Shown here: in pieces, positions 48,501 through 59,860 of the stretch | Numbering within the stretch: position 1 is the first letter of the stretch | Layout: the number at the start of each line of letters is the position of its first letter | NCBI RefSeq assembly: GCF_036321535.1 | Contig: NC_087437.1 | Location: forward strand, 121,460,001 to 121,524,000 | DNA from: Camelus dromedarius | Lineage: Eukaryota | Direction of reading: 5' to 3' | DNA: 64,000 nt | Made by a program: the position numbers and the translations under genes | Notes under the pieces: generated by a model | The model's input: only the letters and a program-made list of their open reading frames with translations | Told to the model about the DNA's origin: nothing | The model's database searches: none

Positions 48501-51119
48501 GCCTGCGCGGTGGGGCGGCCCTGTGATCGCCGGCCAAAGCGAGCTCTGGGCACAGATGACACTTCAGCTTATGAGCATCCCTGAGGGTCGTAAAACTAAG
48601 GCTGAGAAGTGATCCTCAGTGTGTTTTTCTGGCACGAGTCATTGCCCCGAGGAGGTGTCCCTGTGTCACCTGGCCTGGCTCCTCGGCGTCAGTTCGACAA
48701 GAGGCGTCCCCTCCGACTTGCTCCCCAGCCAGGCTGCCAGGTGGGCAGTGCCGTGACGACCCTCTGGGGGTCTGACCCCAGGCTGTGGTCTGGCCCTGGC
48801 CTCCTCCTCTGCGCCCCTGGTTGGGGACAGCTGAGGATTCTGGCCTCCTGGAATGTTCTGCGTAAACGGGGGCACCTCCCCTTCAACAGTCGGCCCGAAC
48901 AGCCTTCCTCAGCCCCTAGGCCTAGACTGAGACAGCAGGGAACTCCCCAGGTGAGGCTACAGACGCCTGGTTGGAGGAGGGTGGCGTGGAGCTGGTGAGC
49001 AGGGTATGCGGCCATGCGGGCCCCTGAGCTTGGGGCTCATCCCATAGGAATTCTGCTTCTTAGATCCTGCAGCAACTTTCAGGAAAGGTCTGGGTGGCAT
49101 TCTGGACCCACTCTTTCATTCATGCAGCAGACATGTGCTGAGCACTGTGGGGCCTCAGGGACAAGGGTGGGACTGGACAGACGGCGCTGGTGCATTGCAG
49201 AGGCCCCGGGGGGGGGGGGGGTCCCGCTACAGCAGCCCCTGGGCCTCACTTGCCTCCCCTCCACACCCCTGCTGGGGGCGCTGGCCACGGGGGCCCAGGA
49301 AACCAGCAGAAGTGGAACCACAGGAAGCTGGTGATTTCGGATTGTCTGCCGTTCAAAAAATTGAAAAATTATTGGGAGTAAAACTTGGTTTAACAGCATC
49401 AAATTTGAAAAGTTTCTAAAAAGTGGTTGTATTCCCAGTTCTCATGTGTTGTGGCTTTAAGTGTCCAAAGGGACAAAATGGTGCACAGTTAACCTCAAAA
49501 GTATGACCTGAGTAAATAAAAATTCCATTGCCTGTGCGATGCTCGATGCAAAATTGTGTCTGCTGTTCTTAGAAGTCGGCTGGGAACTTGCTTCCAGCTG
49601 CTCTGTGTTCCGGTCGTGACTAAGTACAAGGCAAGGGGGCAGCCACTGTGAGGCTGGCAGGTGGTTCCTCTGTGGACGCAGGACAAGCCAGTGCCCGCCC
49701 CGTTCCCCGTGTGCAGTGTCCCCCGGAGGGGACTGGCCGGGTCGGACAGCAGCGCCCTCTTGTGGGGAGACTGCTTGTGTCCTGCAGGACAGTGCAGAGC
49801 ACTGAGTGCTGAGTTTCCCGGAGACCCCTGCCCCTCACTGCAGATGGAGAATTCTGGAACACTGATGACCTCTGACCGCCTATTAACCCACCCTTGCCTG
49901 TGCCCAGGGCGCTGTGGACGGGTGCTGGCTATTGGGTGCCTTCCTGATTTTATGGCCCACGATGGCCTTTTGGATGTGGATGGGCATTCGATGGGCCTCT
50001 CCGTCACTCCCTGGCACATGTGGGCAATGGCTGGCAGCAGCGATGGGGAGAGCTCTGTGGGTCCTGCTCTGGAAGAATAAAGCCCAGAGCTGCTTGGAGG
50101 AAGGGGCCCGTCTCTTGGCTCACGGAGGGCTTTGGCCCCTGCAGCACTGCCCAGGCAGGCCTTGGGGAAAAGATGTGGCCTCACTGTGGGAACAGTCTCA
50201 TGGGCAGGGGAGGGGATGTAAGCAACTGACCACAGCGGTGTCTGCTGGTGCTGTGGTGGACGTGGGGGCGGGGGGCTTGTTCTCCAGGCAGGAGGCCTGG
50301 GAAGGTGGGCACGGGGCGGGGGGTCAGGGGCAGGAGATGACCCAGCAGCCTGGTGGGCCCAAGAGGGGCTGCGACCGCGGGAGGGGTGTGGGGGCGGGCC
50401 CGAGGCAGGCTGAGGGGTGCTCATGGGGGTGGGGGAGAGAAGACCAGACCTGTTTGGTTTTCATGTGTTTATTTTTTTCCCCGTTTTCATCAGTGATGCC
50501 TTCAAGTCAGACAAATCACATACTTTAGAAGGGCTTGGGGACAAGCAGTGGTCCACGGCCCCCACCCTCCTCGGAGGCAGCATTGTTTTTAAAGAGTCAT
50601 AGGTATTTGTGCTTCTGCCTTGGCCAGTGTGAGGACTGGCTGCAGGTGACAGAGACACAGTGTGGGGGGCTTCACCCAGAGGAAGGGCCCCCCTGCCCTG
50701 GCAGCGTCTGCCCGGCAGACAGGGCCTTACTGGCATTCAGCGGTCAAGGCTCAGGCCCTGTCCTGGTGTTGGGCCTGCCGTGGGTGAACTTGCCCGCTGC
50801 CGGGCAGGTGCCCGGCGTGTGCATGAAGGGCGCCTGTGTGCTGGCTCTTGAGAAGTTTCCCAGAAGCTGCCACGTGGCGCCTCTGTTTCCGTCCCAGTGT
50901 CACGTGACCAGGACTGGCGGCAGGGGGCCGGGGTGTCACTCTCCGTGGCTGGCCGCACGGTGCTCTGCTGTTGGCACAGGTGGCAGTCACTGCTGTGCTT
51001 CCTGTTTCTACGTAGCAGACTTGCAGTTTTCTGATTTATACATTTTAGATGTTATCTGTTGGCCTTCAGTTTAGATACAGGATGATTTAACTCACCCTTC
51101 TGCCTTCCCTTCTTTTCCT

Positions 51120-51680
51120 GTGTCATTTAGGGGTGCTTTTGGCTGAAAGTAGTAGAAAACATGCCCTGTAGTATCTTAAACAACTGAGGATTTATCGATG
51201 TATTTATTTCATAATAAGTAATGCAAAGGTAGGTTTCTGCTAGAGTTGGTTCAGAGCACAACCACATCAGGAGTCCAGTTCAGTGTCTCTGCAGTTCTCA
51301 TCGTTCCTTCATGTTTGCAGTGAGGCTGCTGCAGCTCCAGCCATCACATCTATGTTCAAGGCAGCAATAACCAGGAAGGAAGGGGCAAGCAGTGCAGCCC
51401 ACTTCTGTTGTTTTCATCCGGGGCATTTCAGAAGCCTCCAGCTGGGGGAGGGTATAGCTTAGTGATAGAGTGAGTGCTTAGCATGCCTGAGTCCTGGGTT
51501 CAATCCCCAGTACCTGCATTATAAACAAATAAGCAAACAAACAAACAACTTAAGTATCCCCCCAAAAACCCCCAAAAAACAAAACCAAACAAAACAATCA
51601 AATCAGAAGCCTCCAGCATGCTTTCGTGTGTACCTCACTGGCCAGCTGCAGCCACGAGGAAGACTGAGGAAACTAGTAAA
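51120..51680 (-). mobile_element. MaLR solo LTR (MLT1J/K/L-like), split by a SINE
   Basis: GGTGCTTTTGGCTGAAAGTAGTAGAAAAC and GGCTGCTGCAGCTCCAGCCATCACATCTATGTTCAAGGCAG match remembered MLT1 LTR consensus. Confidence 0.7.
51444..51602 (+). mobile_element. tRNA-Ala-derived camelid SINE (vic-1-like) with TSD
   Basis: GGGGAGGGTATAGCTTAGTGATAGAGTGAGTGCTTAGCATGC..GGGTTCAATCCCCAGTACC plus a (CAAA)n tail. 15-bp TSD TCAGAAGCCTCCAGC at 51428-51442 and 51603-51617. Confidence 0.92.
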
Positions 51681-52499
51681 TGCAGCAGCGTCCCTGGACA
51701 GGGGCAGGGGCGGGCATGGGGAGCGGTGGGCGGCTGGCCGCCTGCATCGGCAGCTGCGCGTCACCAGTTGCTTGGACCCTGGCCCGTTTCTCAGCTCCTC
51801 GCCGCGTCGGGTGCACGCGGGCGCCTTCCCTACCCTGCCGTTGCCCCTTCTTCCTCTCTCTTCCGGCAGGTTTGGTTTTCTGTTTGTTTTTCACACGTAG
51901 GAAAACTTATTTCTATCTTATGACCATGGTTAATCAGTTTCAAATCCATCCATGGCGTTTATATTACCACGGTTAGCGGGTGGTGCTCATGCCCGAGCCA
52001 GGTAAGGTGCACACGGGGCTCCTCCTCCAGTCTGCACGCCATCGCGTTTGTGCGTGAAAAGGGAAACGGCAGAATGCTTCCTCTTTGAGCACATCCCACT
52101 AGTTGCCGAAAGTCGTGCCGCACTTCAATGTGCTTTATAACTGGGTCACACTTTGTTCAGTTTATCTTCTTCTTGCATTGTTGCGTGGCCTGGGGTGGTA
52201 GAGCAGAGGGTGAGGGGCGGCTGCGGCCACGGGCAGGGCTCAGACCCGCCTTCCCCCGGGCAGCTCTGTCTCTGGGCAGTCTGCTTACCGTCCCTGCGTG
52301 GTCCCCTCAGGCGTCAGCCCCTGTCCCTGAGTGCGGGCCGGAAAAGCCTCTCTGTCCTGTCACGTGTTCTCAGTCTTCCCGCCCGGCTTATTCACTGGTT
52401 TTTGAAATCCAGTCATTCGTTCCTCTTGAAATCTGCGTATTTCCTATTCTACATCAAATGGAGGCTATGACTTTCTCATACACTTTGGTTTTTCTCCTC

Positions 52500-52720
52500 G
52501 GATTTTTTTTAAAGCTGAGTGTACTGAGGTGTAATTTACATGCATTGAAAATCACCCTTTTCAAGTGCTGAGTTTGATGTGTTCTGACAGTGTGTACGGT
52601 CGGCATGCCGCCGCCATCGCCACCTCCCGCGTCCCAAAGGCTCCCTCTTGCCCACTCAGGTGTCCTGACCCATCTTGGCCACACACTGGCCTTGTCTGCT
52701 GCTGGCACTGTCACCCCGGA
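52500..52720 (-). mobile_element. Old L1 (L1MB/L1ME-like) 3' end
   Basis: ACTGAGGTGTAATTTACATGCATTGAAAATCACCCTTTTCAAGTG..TTTGATGTGTTCTGACAG. Confidence 0.7.
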
Positions 52721-55328
52721 CAAGGGATGAGGGCTGGCCGGAGCCGCGAGGGGACGACTGCGGACGGTAGGTGGTGCTGTGGGGCCGCCCTGGGCCCGTG
52801 TGAAGGCAGCTCCTGGGGAGGAGGCTCCTCTCATCTCCAGTTCAGTGCACGCGCGTCCCCCCCGCCAGCCCAGGTGCAGCTCCTCACTGACTTCACTTTA
52901 AACGGCTCACGAGGTAATTGTGGGAATACTTAGAGCTGGTTTAGTTCAGTGAGTGACCTGACTTGTAAGCTAAATTTTATCAGATAATTTAAAATTCAAC
53001 TATAATGAACTGAGTCCGTGGAAGGGCTGCCGGGCTGTGGGATTGGAGGTCACAGGCTCGCACACCTGCCCCAGGCTTCAAACAGTCACTGCTTCGCTGA
53101 CGTGCGACGTCGTTTTATGGCTCTTCTGTCTTAGCTTGACGCTTCAGATAGGTAACAGTTAAAATAAAATGCAAAAAACCCACTCAAACAGCCTGTACCG
53201 TCAAGTTCTAAATGTGCGGTGACAGATCGCCAATTTTAATAAGACTAAATTAACCAAAACGTGCATGTGTGTGTTTGATCTTGAGTGAAGAGTTGCCAAC
53301 ATCAAGGGAAGAAATGGTGTAAATATTTAAGGTTTAAAATCTCTCCTCCATAAACCCTCACCTTGCATCTGCTCATCCCCCACGGCACAGGGACAGGGTC
53401 CTGGGGGTCCGGGCTGGCCAGAGCTGCCGGGGTCAGTGATGTGATCTAGGGGCTAAAAGCCTCAGCTCAGGCTCTGCCCACAAGGCCCCAGAATGCTGGA
53501 CTTCTAGACTGAAGGAGGCAGACTTCAGCGAGCAGAGTTCTCTCCTGCTGGGACAGTGCCACCTCTCCTGGGGGCTCAGAGAGGTTACTCCGCCCCCGGG
53601 GGTCTCCAGCAGCTTGGGGGTGCAGATCTGGGGTGGGGTGGCCCCTCCAGCACCTGCAGCCCTGGGTCCATGGAGGTGGGACGTGAGGCCTGCGGGCTGC
53701 CCCGCACCGGGTCTCTGGGTTTGGAGGTGCCCACAACACACCAGGATCTATAGCTACCTCCCCGCCCTCTGCAGCTGAGCGACAGGCTGCTGGAACGCAA
53801 GGTGAGGGGCACGTGTCCCCTTCGGACGTGGTGATCCAGCCTGGCTGGATCTCCTCGGCAGTTGGATTGCTTTGGCCCAGACTCCCTTCCAGTTCTTCAT
53901 CCAAGTGGGTTTTCCTTACATTTTATCACCTCCACGAATACAGTGTCTGTTTAGTGGCAGATTCGGGTCTTTATTCCTGGGAAGTGTTCTTCTACCATAG
54001 CTTTGGGCATTTCCCCCCAGATTGTGTCTGGTCCTCAGACCCACGCGTCGTGTGCCTTTGGGCCCCCACCCTGTGGGTCTGGGCTGTCTTGTCTCTAGTC
54101 TGTTCTTAAGTTTTTCCTTTTCCATTTAGTCTTGTTTGAGGTTTTTGTCAGATCTGATCATTTTTGTCCCTTTCGTACATTCCTCGTACATACATACATT
54201 CATGTCATTTCTTTCATCAACCCCCAGTTCAAAACCAAACCAAACCAAACAACCCTGGGAGCACTTACAAGCAGAGCAGCTCGGCCAAGGTCTTCCACCC
54301 TGGAGTGAGCAGACTTGCTCCGTCTTCTTTCAAGGACCAGCCGGATTTACTTTGTATTCTACTTTGTTTCTAATGACCAGTAAGAAGGCATTTTTTAAAG
54401 GATGCTTCAGAAGTATTCTTTCAGGAGGCACCCGTTTAAACCAGGGCTACCATTGTCCACCTAGTTCCGTCCCACGTTTGTGATCCAGCTTGGTAACAGC
54501 ATCTGCTTCATGCTTCCCTTCATCTGCGACCAGGAGTCAGAACCCTCCCCGCGCAGCCCCAGGCCTCTCGGATTGGGCGTGGCCTCTGTGGCCAGCATTT
54601 ATCCGTGGGCCGCCATCAGTGGCTGCCTCTGGCTTTAAGTGGCTTTAGACCATTGGAGCTAATTTTAGGGGCCTTCACTTCCTTCCCCCCCACTTCTTCT
54701 TCTTTTTTCTTTTTTCAAGTCTAACACCTGCTGTACTGACTTGAACAATGTAGTTTTCATTTTAATCTAAATTCCTTGGTAACATTGCCTTGGAAGACAA
54801 TGGAGAAAGCTTAGCTGAGTTCATGATTCTAACTGAGTGGAGGAATGTTGCAAGCAGACCGAAAGCTATACCTGTCCTAACCTGCCTGAAACCGTTTCAA
54901 CGTAGAACATCGAAGTGCGTTCCTTTAGAGAAGTGTGTGTGTGTTTCTTTGACTTATTACTGGGGGAACTTTAGCTAATTAAACCAACAGACCGAGCAGC
55001 CGTGCTCTCGCTGTAGCGGGTGGGCTGCAGGAATGCAGAGAGCTGAGGGCGAGCTTGGAGGGTCCTGGACTCGGAGCCCAGCTGTGACCTTGGACAGGTC
55101 ACTTTGCCTCCCCACTGGCAGGCCCCTGTCACAGAGCAGCTGAAGCAGAGGTGGCCCCTCCTGTGTCCTGCCCTGTCCCTCACTGGGTCTCCCCATAAGC
55201 CTGGGACACTGTCACTGTCACCTGGGAACCGAGAGGGTAGAACTTGCCCTGACTCCCAAGCTAGAGGAGATAGAGCAGGCCTTCCATCAGGGAGACCTGC
55301 TCTGGCCTTCGAGCTGATGACCAGTAAT

Positions 55329-55426
55329 CATGGCCACCCTGTACAGTTGTGCAGGTTGTACACTGCACAACTCCACTCAACACTTGAATGGCATCCCTAA
55401 TGGTTGTAACACAAATGGTGGCTGTG
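55329..55426. mobile_element. MER91-like hAT (Tip100) MITE fragment
   Basis: CATGGCCACCCTGTACAGTTGTGCAGGTTGTACACTGCACAACTCCA, with a perfect 10-bp inverted repeat at 55345-55354 and 55363-55372. Confidence 0.65.
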
Positions 55427-55639
55427 TCCAGGCCACCCCTCGTGCAGTCCTTTCAGTCTCCTTTACTCAGATTTGGTGACATGTAAGTGAGCTAATGCAC
55501 ATGTAGCGACTGCAGGTGGTGGTCAGTTAATGACCTTGTCCTGCGCTGTGCCTCAGGGGCTGCTCCCTCTTCTAAGCTCCCAGGGTGGTGCTTTCCGGCT
55601 CAGTCGCGGCCCTCCTCTGGGCCTGTCTCCACCCATTAC

Positions 55640-56375
55640 TTGGGATTCTCCCCCACGCTGGGCAGATGAGTCCTGCAGCTGGACCTCCAGCTCAGACCCG
55701 GGTCTGCCCGCTGGGGAGGGATCCCCCCATCTCCAACTTGAGATGGCAGATTAAACTCCCAACAGCCCGCCCTGCCCCTAGTCCTCCGACCGTGGCGGCC
55801 CCGTCTTCCCAACTCTCGGGCCAAAAGCAGGGGCCACACTCTCTTCCCACCGCACACCCAGCCCTCGAGACCGCCTGCCAGCCAAGCCACAGGACACGCC
55901 CGGAGTCTGCGGCCGTAAGAGCCAGCAGACCTGCTTGCTCAGGTCCCCCGACCTGTCTCCCTGGGGCAGCCCCTCCCACGCCCGCTCCTGCCCCCAGGCC
56001 GGGACTTCTGGCCACAGCGCCCACCAGTGACCCTCCAGGACCCCAGCCTCTGGCTGTTCCTGGGTCTGCAGCTGCGGCCGCGGCCTCAGGGTCTCCACCC
56101 GCCCTTTGCTCAGAACTCGCTTCCCCGCGGCCTCCTCGGAGCCTCAGTCTCTGGCTCTTTAGGGGCCTGGTCTTCTCAGGACGGCAGGTGCCCGCTGTGC
56201 TCCCACCTGCTCGTCCTCCGCTGACGCAGGGGTCCTTTAGCTGCTGGTGACGCTCCCATGGGTTGGAGTCCTCGTCCTGCTGGGACACGAGGCCCTGCAA
56301 GCATGTTGGTGTCCTCCGTTCACCGCCAGAGCCCAGGCCCTGAGGACAGTGCTGGCAGAGGGGGAGCTCGCTGTC
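55640..56375 (+). mobile_element. L2 LINE 3' portion, GC-shifted
   Basis: TCGGGCCAAAAGCAGGGG..GTTCACCGCCAGAGCCCAGGCCCTGAGGACAGTGCTGGCAGAGGGGGAGCTCG follows the order of the L2a 3' end. Confidence 0.55.
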
Positions 56376-59300
56376 CAGCAGCCGAGTGAGGGGACGTTCG
56401 CTGGTTTCCCTAGTAACGGACACGTCTGAGGCTCTTCAACGCCACAGCAAGGACTCTACCGCTTCCCGGCTGTTGCTCACACGTAAGCAAGCAATGGCTA
56501 GCTGGCTCGTTTCGAGAGTTTAGAATTCTGTCTAATGAAATAAACACCTTTTTCTCCTTCCTGTGAGAGTAGAAAGATAGTTTTCAAGAGTTTTACCCCA
56601 AGCTGATGTTCTGGGAACGCTAAATGTTGGAGGCTTGACTCTAGGACATAGATAAAAATAAAGTTAATGAGATAGCAGTCATGTCAGATGCTAAATGGCG
56701 TGTGGCTATTTAGGACAGTCTTCTCGAGTTCAGTAGTCATTAGCTTGCAAAGATGTGACAGCTGAAGTCCGAGATTGATGTACTTTTAAAATTGGAGAAA
56801 GGGCTTTAAAGTATTTTTTCAGATTATGAGCCGTCGATTTAATGGTTATGGAAACCATATCTGATGCAGCAAAATCTGCCACTCTGCTGTGGATTTCCTG
56901 ATTCTCATGAGCGCAGATGCTCTGTTTTTATGTTTCTCTTAAATAATCCTAAAAGCAGAAGAAAGAAAGGGGGAGAAAAAGGAGACGGACGCAAAGTGAG
57001 GACGTCCCTTGGACGCTGGTCGCGTCAGGTGGGCTGGCCCTAAGACGGGGCGAGAGTGGCGTCTCCCGTCCCCGCACGGACTCGCCTCACTGAGGGCCCG
57101 TGTGCCTCGTCGTGCTGGTGGGCTCTCCGCTGCTCTGCCTTTCCAGAAGGCAGAAAACACGGCGTTTGTTGTGTGAGGTGGACTGTGCACGGTCACTTCG
57201 TGAGGTGAAGGCAGTGTGTGAACATAGCCGCCGTTTCTACCTGGGTTTTTATAGGAACGCAGAGCAGACGTGACATAGGGTTGTGCGAGGTGACAGGCAG
57301 GGGACCAGCTCGTCCCTGCATTTCATAGACTGTCTTGTGCCCTTTAGGTAAGAGGGGCCCAGGCGGACTTGTCAAACCAGGCGGGTCTCGAGGACGGCAC
57401 TGTCTCCTGTGCACCACGCGGTGCTCGTGCGCGGGGCTGCCCACCGATTGGGTCAGGAGGCAGAAAGGAGGGGAAGGCCTGTACTGGGAGCCTCTCCAGG
57501 TGGGCGGAGTACCAGCTTAGCACTGACCGGTGTGAGCGGTTGCGGCGGGCTCTGGGCTGTGGCAGAGGTGCCGGTGGCCCGGCACCTGGCCCGAGGGATG
57601 GAGGGCAGGGGTGACTTTGGCTTGGTGTGGGGGGGACGGAGGCCCAGGGCAGTGTCCGCACTATGCCCGGCCTTTGCTGTCTCTCAGAATCGGCTATCCT
57701 GGGGGGGGGGGGTGGGAGCAGGCCCTCCCTGGGTCTGTAGGTCCCCAAACGCCAGGGCATCGCAGAAAGGAAATGCAGTTAAATGAGTTTGCTGTGTGAC
57801 GAACGGTACCAAGGAGACAAATACTGCCGAGAGCCCAGGACAGCGCAGCTGGAACGCCCGCCTCCAGCGGCTGCGTGGCCCGCAGACCCCCAGGCGGACA
57901 CGCAGAGGCCTCCTGAGAGACTCAGCTGTGTCCTTCACAGCCAGACGTGACCCCGAGTTACCTGACAGTGCAGTTCCCGGGTTTGGGGCGAAGGTGCTTC
58001 TGCTTCCAGTGGTGTCTTACTTGGCAGCCTCTGGGAAGGCTGTGCCGTTAGGTTCCGCTGCTCCTGACGGGGCCCGCGTGCCCGGGCCGGGCCTCGCCTC
58101 GTGGGAGCCTTTGAACCCGCCCGCATGGCTCTGCCACCCGCTACCCGGGTCACCAGGCTTACCGTGTCGGACTGATTCCTGCTACAGGAGTTTAGTTTGG
58201 GAGTGTGTGCCCACTTGGCAAGTTGTTCTCTCTATGAATATGCTTCTTATAAATTGTGGTCTGTCTTGGTGTCAACTTTCGCCTCTTCCAGACCAGGGCT
58301 GTGAAGGAGACAGAGGACCTGGGGTTTCCTCGCTGTAAGGGAGCGGACAGGCAGCCTGGGGCGGGAAGCCACAGGGCAGCTTGGTCCCTGCCGGTGTGGC
58401 CTCGCCCAGGGTTGTGTCTGAGGGGCTGGCGGGCACACAGGGAGCGGCCGGGCCTCTCCCCACCCCCCTCCCCCACTTCTCAGATGGGGTTGGGGTCGGG
58501 GAGGGGGGCAGACTGGAGACTGGGCCCCCCACCGCACCCAGCTTCCTCCCAAACCCCTATGAGAACTGATCAGGGAGAGAAGGCAGAGCAATCTGCTTCT
58601 CAAACACGAGTCTGCAGGGGCTGGGGGGTGGTCCTCAGTCCTGGGCGACCTCTTCCAGTGCCATTGCATCGTGAGGAATCCAGAATCCAGACGGCCTGTC
58701 CACCCACCTTTTTTAAGCTGTGTTTGCTTTGATCTGGGCTGCTCGGGACTCTGGCCGTCGGAGCTCTCCCTCTTGGATGAGTGAGTGCTGCAAGTTCCAG
58801 CTCCACTTCCCAAATTGTCTCTTCTCGTTTCAGGCCCGTTAGGAGGCCCTGGGGCCAGTCCTAGTGGCCGCAGCTGCAGCCTGCGTGGGTGCCACCTCGG
58901 AGTGGCTGGGGACAGAGTCGCAGGGCTCAGCCCGGCCCAGCAGCCGCGCTCCGGTGTGCCCTTCCAGCCTGCTGACCGCGGTGCGCGGCCGTTTCATGGT
59001 TAGGTGCCTAACTTGCTCTGATGTGTGGCAAGGCTATAATTAATAACCCCATGGAAAGCCCCCATTTTCAAATGTAGTAGTGACTTCGTATTATGAAAGA
59101 GCTCCAAAGAGATTTTCTTACCTCTTATTTAAAGAGACAGGACGATCGTGGCCTCCTTTCTGGTGGTCGCTTCGGGCTCTCTTGGCTCTGAGTCCTGTGG
59201 GCTGCTTTCGAGTTCCTCGGTCGGGTTTGTGCTATGCGCCCGAACCTGAGAGAAATCCCCAACTCCCACGGCCCCCAGGACGGCGGCCGGCAGGAATGCT

Positions 59301-59779
59301 GGCCCAGAGGCGTGCTGCCGGGAAGGACCTGTCATCGGAGCTGCGGAGCGGCTGCGTCAGACTGGAGGGAGAGGGGCTGCGTGACGTTCAGCTGCTTCTT
59401 TTGCTAAACAAGGCATCTTGTAGGTCTCAGGCCTGGCCCTGGGGGCACAGCCAGAGCGCAGGACCGTGGGAGAAGGTCATCTCCAGCCCAGCGGCCACAG
59501 AGCTGCAGCAGCTCCACCCCACCCAGGGCTTTGGGACCCTCCAGCCAGCCCACTTCCAGGTGAGCAGTGAGCCTGGCAGCGCCGCCCTGAGGGACTCGCC
59601 ACCAGCCTGTCCCGAGTCCTGGAGAGTCACGTCGAATGTAACCCCCCCACCCCCCGAATGTAAGTCCCAAGCTTAGACGGCTGGAAGAGGGAGTTCACTG
59701 TTTCCTAAAGGAATCTGCCCCAGACGTGGGACAGCTTTTGCCAGAAGCTTCTCTCCCCACCGAACCACAGGGCCACGTC

Positions 59780-59860
59780 AGCCTAGCTGAGTTTGTCAGC
59801 AAGAGACACATGGCCACAAAGTCTGAAACACTTCTTATCTGGCCCTTGATCCAAAAGATT
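59780..59860. mobile_element. MER58-like hAT (Charlie) fragment
   Basis: AGAGACACATGGCCACAAAGTCTGAAACACTTCTTATCTGGCCCTT resembles the MER58 terminal region. Confidence 0.6.

Noticed and set aside
51444..51516. tRNA-Ala(AGC)-like sequence here and at 10486
   Set aside because: The stems are degenerate, both copies have A-rich tails and this one has a TSD, so these are SINEs rather than tRNA genes.
55345..55372. Perfect hairpin as a possible miRNA or terminator
   Set aside because: The 10-bp stem is too short for a pre-miRNA and is explained by the internal palindrome of a MER91-like element.
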